Shown here: positions 1 through 10,759 of the stretch, piece by piece
How positions within the stretch are numbered: position 1 is the first letter of the stretch
Layout: every line of letters begins with the position of its first letter
Origin: Terriglobia bacterium
GTDB lineage: Bacteria > Acidobacteriota > Terriglobia > Acidiferrales > UBA7541
Direction: 5' to 3'
Assembly: GCA_963695545.1 (NCBI GenBank)
Contig: OY968796.1
Coordinates: forward strand, 3,360,001-3,424,000
DNA length: 64,000 nt
Made by a program: the position numbers and the translations under genes
Notes under the pieces: model-generated
Seen by the model: the letters and a program-made list of their open reading frames with translations, nothing else
The model's database searches: none
What the model was told of the DNA's origin: nothing

Positions 1-1
1 C

Positions 2-1795
2 AGCCCCGGAACCATCGTCGGCACCGTCGCTTACATGTCCCCCGAACAAACGCGCGGCGAGCCCGTCGATCGCCGCTCCGACATCTTCTCGCTGGGATCC
101 GTGCTCTACGAAGCCGCCACCGGTCGCGCCCCCTTCGCCGGTCTCAGCGCCCTCGCCGTGATGCATGAGATCGCCGCGGCCACGCCTCCCGCTCCGAGCG
201 CCCTCCGCCCCGGACTTCCCGCCGAGCTGGATCGCGTGATCCTAGCCTGCTTACAGAAGGATCCGGCGAAGCGCCCGGCGAACGCATCCGACGTCGCCGA
301 ATCCCTCAAATCGTCCAAGCTTCCCGCGCCGACTGTCGGTTCTCCGATTCGCGAGGTCCGCCGCTCCGTCGCAGTTGTGCCTTTCCAATTCCGCGCAGCC
401 GCACCGGAGGAGCGCTTCCTCTCCGTGGCTCTCGCCGACGCCGTCGCCAATCGCCTCGGCTCCGCTCCCACTCTCGTCGTTCGCCCCACCACCAGCGTCG
501 TGAAATATGCCGAGAGGGAAGCAGAGTGGACACAAATTGCGCGTGAACTCAACGTCGACCTGGTGGCCGAAGGCAGCATTCAAAAAATGGGTTCTCGCGT
601 GCGGGTTATGATCCAGGTGTGGGAACTGCGCGACGCGCGCTCGCTCCATTCGACAAAAATCGATGGCGATATGAACGATCTCTTCACCCTGCAGGATCGC
701 CTCGCGGATTCCGTTTTCGATGCCTTAACTCCGCGAGTCGCCGAAAAGCCGCCGCAGACCGCCGCCCCCGCCTCGCGGCATCCGCTTGCCTTTGAACTTT
801 ACATGCGCGCAGTCGACCGCTCCGTGTGCTTCAACAAATTCGAGCTTATTTCCGCCATCGAGATGCTTGACCGTGCCGTTGATCTCGATCCCGATTTCGC
901 GGATGCCTGGGGCATGCTCTCCATCATTTGCTGCCAAATGGGAGCGCATCTCGATCCCGATCCCAAATGGTTCGCTCGCTCCGAACAAGCCATCGCCAGG
1001 ACACTCGATCTCGATCCTGTCAACTGCAACGCCTTCTGCGCGCGGGGCATGGTCATCTGGTCGCCGTCCCGCGGATTTCAGTTCCGCCCCGGTCTCCGCG
1101 CGCTCAACGCCGCCATCACCATAAACCCGAGCCGCTTCAGCGCCCGCTCCTATCGCTCCGCGATTTTGTTTCATGGTGGGTTCCACGAAGCCGCCTACAG
1201 GGATATTGACGAGTCCATGCTGGCGAACCCTGGATTTGCGCTGAATTATGCGGGTCGCGCCTATACCACGGTTTATGACGGTGACTACGCCTTGGCGGAC
1301 GAACTCAATCAAAAGGCCCTGACCATGGAGCCTGCTTTAGTTCACGCGAACGTATTGTCCCCGCTGCCGTCGATCTATCTCGGGGAATTGGAAAAGGCGC
1401 GCGAGAAACTTCGCAAGGCTCGCCAGATGATCCCCGAAGAACCTCAGCTGGTCGCTGTGGAAGGGCTGATCCTGGCCCACGAAGGTGATTTCAAACGTGC
1501 CGAGCAGCTCGCCGACGAAGCCGTGGCCAACAAGAGAAGCATGACCCACACTCACCATACTTGGCATTGCGCCGCCGGCGTTTACGCCCTGTGTGCGAAG
1601 CCGGAGAAAGCCATGATCGAACTCAGGCGCTGCGCCGAGAATGGCCTGCCCAACCATCGCGCGTTCCTAAACGATCCGCATCTGCGCTCGCTCCACACGA
1701 ATCCGGATTTCGTAGCTCTCATGCGCGATCTCCGCCGCGACTATCAAGCCTTCCAGCAAGAATTCGCGCTCCCCGGCGCGATCTCCCCGGCGTAA
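2..1795 (+). CDS. Ser/Thr protein kinase with TolB-like and TPR domains (5' end outside window)
   Basis: Frame open from window start. Kinase C-lobe motifs [23 protein letters not shown] and DPAKRP, then SVAVVPF TolB-like domain and TPR helices. Confidence 0.9.
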   Translation, partial: SPGTIVGTVAYMSPEQTRGEPVDRRSDIFSLGSVLYEAATGRAPFAGLSALAVMHEIAAATPPAPSALRPGLPAELDRVILACLQKDPAKRPANASDVAESLKSSKLPAPTVGSPIREVRRSVAVVPFQFRAAAPEERFLSVALADAVANRLGSAPTLVVRPTTSVVKYAEREAEWTQIARELNVDLVAEGSIQKMGSRVRVMIQVWELRDARSLHSTKIDGDMNDLFTLQDRLADSVFDALTPRVAEKPPQTAAPASRHPLAFELYMRAVDRSVCFNKFELISAIEMLDRAVDLDPDFADAWGMLSIICCQMGAHLDPDPKWFARSEQAIARTLDLDPVNCNAFCARGMVIWSPSRGFQFRPGLRALNAAITINPSRFSARSYRSAILFHGGFHEAAYRDIDESMLANPGFALNYAGRAYTTVYDGDYALADELNQKALTMEPALVHANVLSPLPSIYLGELEKAREKLRKARQMIPEEPQLVAVEGLILAHEGDFKRAEQLADEAVANKRSMTHTHHTWHCAAGVYALCAKPEKAMIELRRCAENGLPNHRAFLNDPHLRSLHTNPDFVALMRDLRRDYQAFQQEFALPGAISPA

Positions 1796-1922
1796 ATTTG
1801 CGATCGTGCCCGGCGCGATTCGAGATTGACGCGAGCGCCCGCCGGACGTATGGTCTTGCGCGGAAATGCGTTGGGATCTCAAATTCCCAGCGGCGCATCT
1901 CGATGCAGCTTGGTTTCGATAC

Positions 1923-3269
1923 GTGAATAAGAGAACCTTCATCAAACGTTTGGCGGCAATCATCGCGAGTCCTGTCGTCTCGCGCCTGGCTGCCCGCGCA
2001 GCGGACGATAAATTGCAAAATTGGTCAGGCAATATCGACTACAGCACCGAGCAGTTGTACGCCGCCAGCTCACTCGAACAAGTCCAGGATTACGTTAAGA
2101 GTCAAACCAAACTGAAAGTCCTCGGCACGCGCCACTGCTTCAACACCATCGCTGATAGCAAATATGATTTCCTCTCCCTGAAACCGATGGATGAAGTTCT
2201 CGCGCTCGATCCCGTGGCGCGCACCGTCACCGTCGGCGCCGGCATCACCTACGGCAAACTTGCTCCGCTAATCGACGCCAAGGGTTTCGCGCTGCACAAT
2301 CTCGCTTCGCTGCCGCATATTTCCGTGGCCGGCGCCATCACCACGGCCACGCACGGCTCCGGAGAGAAAAACGGCAACCTGGCCACATCCGTCGCGGCGC
2401 TGCAGATCGTCACCGCGGCGGGCGATGTGCTCGAACTGTCGCGCGAAAAAGATGGAGATACATTCCGCGGCGCCGTCGTCGGCCTTGGCGCCCTCGGCGT
2501 GATCACGAGCATCACGCTCGATCTCGAGCCAACCTTCACCATGCGCCAGTACGTTTACGAGAACATGCCCTTCGACGAGATGAGGGACCATTTCGACGCC
2601 ATCGAGGCCAGCGCCTACAGCGTCAGTTTCTTCACCGATTGGCAAAATCATCGCTTCACCGAAGTTTGGCTAAAAACACGCGTGGATCAATCTCCCGCAT
2701 TTTCCGCGCCTCCGGAATTCTTTGGAGCCACGCTCGCCACCGAAAATCTCCATCCCATTCGCGGACTTTCGGCCGTGAATTGCACCGAGCAAATGGGCGT
2801 ACCCGGTCCGTGGTACGACCGCCTCCCGCATTTCCGCATGGGCTTCACGCCCAGCGCCGGCAATGAACTCCAGTCTGAATATTTCGTTCCTCGCCGCAAC
2901 GCCGTCGAAGCCATCCTCGCCGTTGAAAAACTCCGCGACCAAGTCAGCCCGCATCTCCTCATTTCCGAAATCCGTGCGATCGCCGCCGACGATTTGTGGA
3001 TCAGCACAGCCCACGATCGCGCCTCCGTCACGATCCACTTCACCTGGAAACCTGATTGGCCCGCCGTCAGCAAGGTGTTGCCCGTAATCGAAAGGGAATT
3101 GGCTCCGTTCAACGCTCGCCCACACTGGGGAAAACTCTTTACCGTCTCTCCCGCCGTTCTGAAATCCTCCTACGACAAAATGCCCGATTTCATCGCGCTC
3201 AGCAACAAACTCGATCCCCATCGCAAATTCCGCAACGATTTCCTGAACACAAATATTTTCAACACCTGA
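1923..3269 (+). CDS. FAD-binding alditol/xylitol oxidase family (D-arabinono-1,4-lactone oxidase C-terminal domain), Tat-like leader
   Basis: NWSGN, GTRHCFN, NLASLPHISVAGA..TATHGSG, ELQSEY and RPHWGK motifs. GTG start gives MNKRTFIK leader. Confidence 0.9.
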   Translation: MNKRTFIKRLAAIIASPVVSRLAARAADDKLQNWSGNIDYSTEQLYAASSLEQVQDYVKSQTKLKVLGTRHCFNTIADSKYDFLSLKPMDEVLALDPVARTVTVGAGITYGKLAPLIDAKGFALHNLASLPHISVAGAITTATHGSGEKNGNLATSVAALQIVTAAGDVLELSREKDGDTFRGAVVGLGALGVITSITLDLEPTFTMRQYVYENMPFDEMRDHFDAIEASAYSVSFFTDWQNHRFTEVWLKTRVDQSPAFSAPPEFFGATLATENLHPIRGLSAVNCTEQMGVPGPWYDRLPHFRMGFTPSAGNELQSEYFVPRRNAVEAILAVEKLRDQVSPHLLISEIRAIAADDLWISTAHDRASVTIHFTWKPDWPAVSKVLPVIERELAPFNARPHWGKLFTVSPAVLKSSYDKMPDFIALSNKLDPHRKFRNDFLNTNIFNT

Positions 3270-3412
3270 TCCCGCCTTGAGCCAATTCCCGCAAGTGTCC
3301 CGAACAGCACAGACTCCCACCCTGACGTTCACTAGCATGGCGGCGAAAACGTTCGACGATTAGCTCGCGCTGTGCTCGACGGCGTCCTGAATGCGAGCGC
3401 TGGAGGAAAAAT

Positions 3413-3685
3413 ATGTTTCACTTAATCTGGTACATTCTCATCGGCCTGCTCTCCGGCGTTATCGCAAAATCGGTGATGCACGTACACCTCACGTTGTTCT
3501 GGACGATCACCGTCGGCATCATCGGTTCGCTCGTCGGCGGCGGCGTTATGCACATGTTTTTTGCCTCGAAAAACGAACGCTTTCATCCCGCCGGCCTCAT
3601 TTTTTCCACGCTCGTAGCGATCCTGCTTCTCTACCTCTGCTACAAGCTGAACATTCATCTCCCCCAGATCAGTCTTCCTAACTAG
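3413..3685 (+). CDS. GlsB/YeaQ/YmgE (transglycosylase-associated) membrane protein
   Basis: GGAGG RBS. 90 aa with 3 TM segments and IGLLSG..AK..M / GIIGSLVGG pattern. Confidence 0.85.
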   Translation: MFHLIWYILIGLLSGVIAKSVMHVHLTLFWTITVGIIGSLVGGGVMHMFFASKNERFHPAGLIFSTLVAILLLYLCYKLNIHLPQISLPN

Positions 3686-3908
3686 CTCTCCATACTTCCG
3701 CTTTGCCCTGCAAGCACATTCGCCAGTGTCCCCGCGCCGATCGTGTTGCGGCTCGGAAGCGGGTTGGTGTCATACGGCGTGAAGAAGTAAAGTCAGGCGA
3801 GACGGGTGTACTATGGTTCCGTTTTTACGTCCCACAGGGAAATTCCCGGAATAGTGCTTGGAACCCGGCGGGTTCGTCACTATAAGCCGGACACGAAAGG
3901 GCGCACGC

Positions 3909-4943
3909 ATGAGCAAAGAGCAGACCCATCGATGGCCATTCCTGTTTCCATTTCGCAGGCGTCACTGGCCGCGGCCTCATGTGCTGCAAACTATGCTCGC
4001 GGTCGCCGTGTTCAATGACCAGATGCCCGATTCTTCCTACGTGCAGGGAATCAACCTTCCAGGTATTTCCGCGGGGCCGATCCTCGCATCGATACCAGCG
4101 CTCAGCGTGACTGGCATGACGCCGGGAGGATCCACCACCAACCCGTTCTATCTGCAAGGCACCTGGGAACTGCTCAACGGAGGCACCGTGCTGCAGCCCA
4201 CGGCGGCTAAAGCAAGTCCGTCCGGGGCTTTCACACCAATGTACTGGCTGAACTCAATCACTTACTACGGCGGGAATTTGTATGTGATCGGCAGCAACGG
4301 CTCGGAGTTCGGAGTCCTGCGATTCGATGCCACCACCGGCAATCCGAACGGCTCCGGCAGCAACCCCGCGACCGATCCGCTTTACTTGGCCCTGGATTTG
4401 TTAGTCGAAAACTCGGGTATGAGCGTGGTCACTTTTCAGGGACAAGCGGCTCTCGCGATTCCGCTGGCCTCAGGCATCGCCGCCTGCATCATTAGCGGCA
4501 CCGGAGTCCCGGCGCTTCTGGGGCCCGTTCCTTACAGTTCGTTCCAGGTTTCCGTCCCGTCGGGATATCTTGCGCTGACCGCTCCGTGCCAATCCCCATC
4601 TAATCTCTATTTCCTCTATTTCGATGGGTTCAATCCCCCCGGCGGCGCCGGACTAGGTTCGGTCAGCGTGGCCGAAGTAGAAAATGCAATTCTGCTCGGG
4701 TCTACGAACATAACCGTTAATCAGATTACGCCTTTGGGATCGCTTCCGCTCACCTGCGCCTGGTGCGTCACTCAAATCAATCAACAAGATGTGGTTTACG
4801 TCGCAATTCCAAGCTGGATCAACCAGACGATTCCACAGTGGTCGATTGACATGATCAACCCGACTACCGGTGTGACCTCGCCGATCGCCCTAAACCTGCC
4901 GGGGTACCCGTGGGGAATGTGCGTTGTGACAGTGTCGGTATGA
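3909..4943 (+). CDS. hypothetical beta-rich protein
   Basis: Long ORF with protein-like composition, AAAGGG RBS-like site before ATG. No family recognised. Confidence 0.6.
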   Translation: MSKEQTHRWPFLFPFRRRHWPRPHVLQTMLAVAVFNDQMPDSSYVQGINLPGISAGPILASIPALSVTGMTPGGSTTNPFYLQGTWELLNGGTVLQPTAAKASPSGAFTPMYWLNSITYYGGNLYVIGSNGSEFGVLRFDATTGNPNGSGSNPATDPLYLALDLLVENSGMSVVTFQGQAALAIPLASGIAACIISGTGVPALLGPVPYSSFQVSVPSGYLALTAPCQSPSNLYFLYFDGFNPPGGAGLGSVSVAEVENAILLGSTNITVNQITPLGSLPLTCAWCVTQINQQDVVYVAIPSWINQTIPQWSIDMINPTTGVTSPIALNLPGYPWGMCVVTVSV

Positions 4944-4991
4944 AGTCTGCGCGGCGGCGCGGTCGCTAATCCGCGCCTCTCCCGGCGCAAT

Positions 4992-5026
4992 TCACCAGCC
5001 CGAGTTTTTGCACCCTGGTGAATGAG
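4992..5026. mobile_element. orphan degenerate right end of the IS3-family element
   Basis: TCACCAGCCCGAGTTTTTGCACCCTGGTGAATGAGA matches the IS end TGACCAGCCCGAGTTTTTGTACCACGGTGAATGAGA with 4 mismatches. Confidence 0.75.
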
Positions 5027-5038
5027 AAGGATTGATGT

Positions 5039-5599
5039 TCACGCAGCACGAATCGGCGCCGGCGGCACCACGACCTCAACAAGTCCGGTCGCCACGTCGT
5101 ACACCAGGCCTGATATGAGCCACGCGCCCGGCAGTCCCGGAATCGCCCGTAGCGCGGCAACGTCCACGGCCACCGCCGCGCGGGGATCGCTGACCGCTTT
5201 GTTCTTCAGTTCGCCTTCTTGTACTTGAAAATAGTGCGTCAGCATCGCGGGGTCGCCGGCCAGCCGAGTCATGCCGCAATCGGTATGCTGCAGCACGATC
5301 ACGTGAAACTCCCCGCCGCCTCCCGGAATCTCTCCGGCAACCTCGCCGATTCGCCCGAGTAGACCCAACTGCTCCAACAACCCCGGCGTGATTCGCCCCC
5401 CGATGTCGCGCAGCACCACGGCCTCGCCAGGTTTAATTCCAAGGACGTGAGCCGGATCCGTACGCATATCCGCGCAAGCGACGATCAACGCCTTTACCTT
5501 GGGCATCGCCCGCGGAAGCGAGGGCATCAGTGCGCCCGCAGCGGACTGCTGAGCAGCAAATTCCTTATTACGTTCTAACCAGCGGTCGAGATTGTTCAT
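5039..5599 (-). CDS. beta-class carbonic anhydrase
   Basis: Zn-ligand motifs CADMR (CxDxR) and HTDCG (HxxC), plus GLVYDVATG. Confidence 0.9.
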   Translation of the reverse strand: MNNLDRWLERNKEFAAQQSAAGALMPSLPRAMPKVKALIVACADMRTDPAHVLGIKPGEAVVLRDIGGRITPGLLEQLGLLGRIGEVAGEIPGGGGEFHVIVLQHTDCGMTRLAGDPAMLTHYFQVQEGELKNKAVSDPRAAVAVDVAALRAIPGLPGAWLISGLVYDVATGLVEVVVPPAPIRAA

Positions 5600-5732
5600 G
5601 CCGATTCTCCGTGAGATTTGTTCTAACATCACTATTGTAGAGCACGGCAGGTCTCAATAGAAATTCAATCGAGGCTCACTCAAGTTCAAGTCCCAATTCG
5701 TCGGATTACCGGCTCGCGCCGCGTCCTTCGCT

Positions 5733-6203
5733 TCATCGCCGATCGGCCACAGTCGATTGCTCCTCCAGTGAGTTCGAGCTTGCATCGGCGATCTGCTCGA
5801 CCGTGCTCGATATTGCGCGAATCGGAGCGCACACGTGTACGGTCTCGCCCGCATCGTCCACGTCCACAACAATCGACCCGCCCGACTTCGCAACCTCCAC
5901 GTGTTCACCGCGTTCTTTCACCTCAACCAATACGACGTCGCTTGAATCGCGCAAACCGTCGAGCGCCGCGCGAATCGCCGGCATGTTCGGCTGGATTTGC
6001 CTGGCCGCGCCCGCGAGATCGCGCCGCGGCACTAGGTACACGGCAATCGGAACCAGCATCGCTGGCGCGATCACGTGGATGTGAACGCCCTGCGGCTTCT
6101 TCTCGACCACCTTCACGTTCACCACACCTTCGCTGCATAGCACGCCCACGCCTGCCAGTCCCACCCCGGCCACTCCCAGCGCAATTTTTGCCAGCAGTAT
6201 CAT
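5733..6203 (-). CDS. hypothetical membrane-anchored protein
   Basis: N-terminal hydrophobic helix. LVEVKERGEHVEVAK resembles the neighbouring gene's repeat domain. Confidence 0.7.
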   Translation of the reverse strand: MILLAKIALGVAGVGLAGVGVLCSEGVVNVKVVEKKPQGVHIHVIAPAMLVPIAVYLVPRRDLAGAARQIQPNMPAIRAALDGLRDSSDVVLVEVKERGEHVEVAKSGGSIVVDVDDAGETVHVCAPIRAISSTVEQIADASSNSLEEQSTVADRR

Positions 6204-6263
6204 CGTCTCGCTCCGAACCCCCGGTTTTGTCCCGCTCCGGAACCTCTGCCTCTCGCGATAGCC

Positions 6264-6848
6264 TCAGTCCTGCGTATTCCGCGAATCCACCCAAACGCGG
6301 ACCTTTTGGCCCGAGCTCTGCACGGTAACCAACACCACGTCCCCCGCGTCACCCAACGCGCGCAGCGCGGCCGCAATGTCCAATTCGTCGCTCTGCGCGG
6401 TGGAAAACAGCGCGTCGGCGACTTTCAGAGGAACCGTCACGTCTACCGTTTGCTCCTTGTTCGTCTTGTCGATCACATGCACGATGATATTTCCGTTCGA
6501 CTTCGCCACGCGCACATCCGAATCCTTGTTCTTCACTGTGACGAACTCGTTGTCCGGTGCGGTCCGCACCGCATCCAGCAGCGCCCGAACGTCCACGCCG
6601 TTCATTTCCGCGTTGTGAATCGAGATCTTGCCATCGTGCAGGTCGTGATTGTTGATCGCCGGCAAAATCTTCTCGGCCATCGAAAGCGGCACGTTCACAT
6701 TGACAGTCCCGTCATTCGTCGGATCCTCGACGTTCACGTGCAAGTACTCCTCCGCAGGCGCCGCCATTGCAGAGCCCGCCAGGACCATCAGTCCCGCCGC
6801 GAGCACACACAGCACTGCCGCGATTCGCGTTCGCATGGCTTGTCTCAT
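6264..6848 (-). CDS. hypothetical exported protein with two internal repeats
   Basis: Signal peptide ending SAMA. Repeated V(N/D)V(N/T)VPL..A motif. Confidence 0.75.
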   Translation of the reverse strand: MRQAMRTRIAAVLCVLAAGLMVLAGSAMAAPAEEYLHVNVEDPTNDGTVNVNVPLSMAEKILPAINNHDLHDGKISIHNAEMNGVDVRALLDAVRTAPDNEFVTVKNKDSDVRVAKSNGNIIVHVIDKTNKEQTVDVTVPLKVADALFSTAQSDELDIAAALRALGDAGDVVLVTVQSSGQKVRVWVDSRNTQD

Positions 6849-7263
6849 TTTGTGTGGGCCTCCTCAGCCCTTCTTGCAATGCAGTACGGAGCGAGCCCTG
6901 CAAATGTTCCTCGGAATCGAAGCGCCATGTCTGGTCTTCTCAGAAACCCGCTGCGCCGAGCCGCACGAGCGATGGGCAGTGGTGGGTTAGAAAAACGAGA
7001 TCGTTGTCGCCGCGCGATCGACGGCTATCGAGGCTAACTCCTGCTTAGTCGGATTACCGGACACGTGCGTCAATCCGACGACGCATCAGCCCCGCAATGT
7101 CGGCAGACGTTAGCCCAGCGCGCCTGTCCGCCGTCGCGGGTAAGCCCTGGATACACGCACCCAAGATGGTTTCTTTGCAATTGCTTTGTTCGCGCCCCGC
7201 AGCGTCGAGACTGCGGCCACCACCGACGCGCCACGCCGCGCAATCGACCGCACACCGCAAAAC

Positions 7264-7370
7264 CAGCCCCGTAGGGGCGGCAGAGCTTAGCCCAGGGCGT
7301 AAGCCCTGGGCATGCAAAACAAAAATACCTTTCTCTCAGTTGTTTTGTCTGAGCCCCGTAGGGGCGACAC
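7264..7370. repeat. REP family B (GCCCCGTAGGGGC + CCCAGGGCGTAAGCCCTGGG)
   Basis: Two nested palindromes, with the same unit recurring at ~29.2-30.2, 35.5, 41.3, 46.3 and 49.4 kb. Confidence 0.85.
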
Positions 7371-7843
7371 AGGTTCTAACGAGATTATTATCCCACCTCC
7401 GACGGCCCGGACATGTCGGCGGTGGTCTAGTTTCCGGTTAGCGCGTCAATCGGCGCTTGGCCAAAACTGCGCGGACGAGCGCGCTGAAAAACCGGGCCCT
7501 GACAATCCAAATTCGTGGGAAGCACTATACATTTGGCCTACGAATGTTGATCGGAATGTCAACTCTGAGTGAGGTCCGAATCTCGTCGTGAATGGGAATG
7601 TCTAAGCTTTCCGCAATCCCTGGCGTCGGAGATCCATGCCACGTTTTATTCGTCCCGATCAGATTCCAGGCGCCGCAGCGATTGGAATCCGATCATGCCC
7701 ATCGTTTTGCTATAAGCTTTCAAGGCGGCATATGCCAAAAGCGCGCGATTGTTCCCGATCACTTGATTGAAATATGCCTTGGCCCGCTCGCGCGCGAAGG
7801 GCGTCAGCTGAGCGATGCAAGCGGCGCGCAAACTCTGCCCAAA

Positions 7844-8629
7844 TCAAAAAGACTTTAAATCAGCCACCATCCAGGCAGCCCCTGTAATAAGAAAAGTCAG
7901 GGCGCATTCGGACCAGTTGAAATGCGTCTCTGGGTGAGCGATCACCAGCGGAACCCAAACCAACACGCCAAAGAGCCCCAACATCAGCGTCATCAGGCGC
8001 ATTGCAAGCCGCGCCTGCCAATTGATGAGAATGGCGATGGCCGCGATTGCAAACGCGATCGTCGTGAGCGTCGCCCAAAACATCTGGTTCGGCGGAATCC
8101 ACTTTGGAACCAGGCTCGCTGTCTCATGAGGTAAAAGCGCCTGACCAAGCGTAAAGGAAATCGCGCAGACTCCCAGTCCAAGGCGCGCCAGTCGACCGAA
8201 CACTGTCGCCCGGGCCGCGTTCGCCTCCGTCGCAGCGTACATGGCAATCGCGCCGCAGAACATGGAAAAGAACAGGAAGAAGCTCCCCCCGTAGCGATCA
8301 TAGATATTCGATGCGGCAATGATGTCAGGTACGCAGGCCAGCGAGAAACACAAATAGATAACGCACAGTACCACCGAAGCCAGGCGCGCGGTCCGCGGGA
8401 ACAACATCCCAATGCCACCGGCAATCAGAACGGCCATGAGACATTTGCCGATCAGCGCGCCAAAAGGCAGGCTCAAGATGTGCTGCAGGTTTTGCCAGGC
8501 GCCAGAGTCGTGCCACATCACTCCGATGACGCCGAACAGCACCGCCGACGCACCAAACGCAATGCGCCCATACAGCGTCTCAGGGATCTTCACGCGAACA
8601 TAATGCTCAATCCGCATGCTGCGACGCAA
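7844..8629 (-). CDS. DoxX-like polytopic membrane protein
   Basis: About 8 TM segments and a VPKWIPP..FWA.LT motif. Confidence 0.75.
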   Translation of the reverse strand: MRRSMRIEHYVRVKIPETLYGRIAFGASAVLFGVIGVMWHDSGAWQNLQHILSLPFGALIGKCLMAVLIAGGIGMLFPRTARLASVVLCVIYLCFSLACVPDIIAASNIYDRYGGSFFLFFSMFCGAIAMYAATEANAARATVFGRLARLGLGVCAISFTLGQALLPHETASLVPKWIPPNQMFWATLTTIAFAIAAIAILINWQARLAMRLMTLMLGLFGVLVWVPLVIAHPETHFNWSECALTFLITGAAWMVADLKSF

Positions 8630-8996
8630 GATCGGATTGTTCTCGCATGAAGGCTAGCCCGAAGCTCTGCCAAGTCGGAAGGCTCCCTGTGGGAAGTTGC
8701 GACCGCTCAGTCCACTTGCCAGTGTAGTTAGATAATCGGACAAGTAGCTTTGCGGGATTCCACTTCTCCGGCAAGCGCGTTATACGTCCAGGTGAGATGT
8801 CTCGGTTGCGCAGCGACGCGAGTTGAGTTCGGGTTGGGCACTGCGGGAACAATCGTCCAGCACAAACCCAAGCTCTTACGATCTTGGCAGGCGACACGAA
8901 AACACGCGACGTCGGGATGCAACCATCTCAGTGACCTGACCGGGGTTTTTTGTACCAGCGGGAGTGAGAGAGAATTCACTCTGGAGGGAAGCTGGT

Positions 8997-9275
8997 ATGC
9001 CGATGAGGAGATACAAGCCGGAGCAGATCGTCACGCTGCTGCGGCAAGTTGAAGTTGAAATCGCCAACGGAAAGAGCACCCCACAAGCCTGCAAGGAAGC
9101 CGAGATCACCGCGCAGACCTACTACCGCTGGCGGAAGGAATACGGCGGCCTGAAGTTGGATCAAGCGAAACGCCTCAAAGAGTTGGAGCGGGAAAACGCC
9201 AAGCTGAAACGGTTGGTGGCGGAGCTTTCGTTGGAGAAGCAAATTCTGAAGGATGTGGCAGAGGGAAACTTCTAA
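8997..9275 (+). CDS. IS3 transposase OrfA (HTH + leucine zipper)
   Basis: QTYYRWRKEYGG, RLKELERENAKLKRLVAEL. Ends in -1 slippery heptamer G GGA AAC (9263-9269). Confidence 0.93.
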   Translation: MPMRRYKPEQIVTLLRQVEVEIANGKSTPQACKEAEITAQTYYRWRKEYGGLKLDQAKRLKELERENAKLKRLVAELSLEKQILKDVAEGNF

Positions 9276-9298
9276 GCCCTGAGCGGCGACGTAGCGCG

Positions 9299-10141
9299 GT
9301 GGAGCATGCACGCGAGAGCTACCAAGTATCAGAGCGGCATGCCTGCCGGTTGCTGGGGCAGTGGAGAGGGACACAACGCTACGAGGTGATCCACCGAACG
9401 GATGAAGACGCGCTGACGCGAGACATCGTGGCGCTGGCCAGCGAGTACGGGCGCTTCGGCTATCGGAGGATCACGGCGCTGTTGCAAGCACGGGGCTGGT
9501 ATGTGGGCAAGGATCGGGTGCAGCGGATCTGGCGGCGCGAAGGGCTGAAAGTGCCGCAGGGACAAAGGCCGCGAGGAAGGCTGTGGTTGAACGACGGATC
9601 GTGTGTTCGTCTCCGGCCGGAACGAGCCAACCATGTGTGGAGCTACGATTTCGTGAGCGCGATGACCCACGACGGCCGAACACTGCGAATGCTGACGCTG
9701 ATCGACGAATACACGCGGGAGTGCCTGGCGATCCGCGTGGCGAGAAGGCTGGGGAGATACGAAGTGATCGAAGCGCTGGCGGACGTGATGCTTTACCGGG
9801 GAATTCCGGAACATATTCGCTCGGACAACGGCCCGGAGTTCGTGGCCAAGGAGCTGAGGAGTTGGCTGGCGAAGGTGGGAACGGGGACGCTGTACATCGA
9901 ACCGGGAAGCCCTTGGGAGAATGGCTACTGCGAAAGCTTCAACGGGAAATTGCGCGATGAATGTTTGAACGGAGAGATTTTTTACTCGCTGAAGGAAGCG
10001 CAGATCGTGATCGAGAAATGGCGGATGGTGTACAACACGCTGCGTCCGCACTCAGCGCTGGGCTACAGGCCACCGGCGCCGGTGGCCTGTAGCCCCTTGG
10101 TGCCGCCAATTCTCGGTTCGCCGTCGACGGCTGTGATGTAG
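9299..10141 (+). CDS. IS3 transposase OrfB (DDE integrase core), -1 frame relative to OrfA
   Basis: WSYDF, RSDNGPEF, ENGYCESFNGKLRDE, RPHSALGY. Confidence 0.95.
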   Translation: MEHARESYQVSERHACRLLGQWRGTQRYEVIHRTDEDALTRDIVALASEYGRFGYRRITALLQARGWYVGKDRVQRIWRREGLKVPQGQRPRGRLWLNDGSCVRLRPERANHVWSYDFVSAMTHDGRTLRMLTLIDEYTRECLAIRVARRLGRYEVIEALADVMLYRGIPEHIRSDNGPEFVAKELRSWLAKVGTGTLYIEPGSPWENGYCESFNGKLRDECLNGEIFYSLKEAQIVIEKWRMVYNTLRPHSALGYRPPAPVACSPLVPPILGSPSTAVM

Positions 10142-10759
10142 ACTCTCTCATTCACCGTGGTACAAAAACTCGGGCTGGTCAATTGTCAAAATGTCGCGGC
10201 CTTATTTGCAGTTCACGACCGCTGATTAATCGCTCGACGCTCAAGTCCCGATAAGTCGGAGTACCCGACAGGTGCGCCAAAAAAATCGCGCCCTCTCACA
10301 TCGCACTTGCCCACGCCGAGCATCTCTGCTATACTTTTTTGTGTTCTCGCAAATCAATTCGAATTCTTCCGCCCCGCGCCCTTCGGCAGTGTATAGCTTC
10401 GCATCCCCTCGATTCTCCAGCCGGTATGAGATGCACGCTCGTTCACATGAAAGTGCCTCTGCAAACCATTTATTCTCAGTCGATTACAAAAGAGTGCGCA
10501 ACTCATTCAAACAAAACACTTTTAGTGCCCTTACTTTTCACACTCATCCGCACTCTTTCTCTGAAAGTCCTGTGTTTTCAGCATTTTATGATTTTGGTAC
10601 GGGGGGTATATATACCCGTCTAATTCGCACGGCAGCCGCCGGAGCCAGCACGAATCCCAAGTCCCGTGAAATCATCAAGTTGTCCAATCGCACGCGCTTT
10701 CGCCCCAAATCGGCGCCGCATTGCAAACTCGACCCGTCAACCGTATTCTTGAGGCCCCG

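Larger units (their letters stand above)
8932..10181 (+). mobile_element. IS3-family (IS407 group-like) insertion sequence, copy 1, 1250 bp
   Basis: TG...CA ends with imperfect IRs (TGACCTGACCGGGGTTTTTTGTACC / TGACCAGCCCGAGTTTTTGTACC), orfA+orfB. No target duplication seen. Confidence 0.95.

Noticed and set aside
7560..7850. Short ORFs or possible pseudogene fragment
   Set aside because: No recognisable family and not enough evidence.
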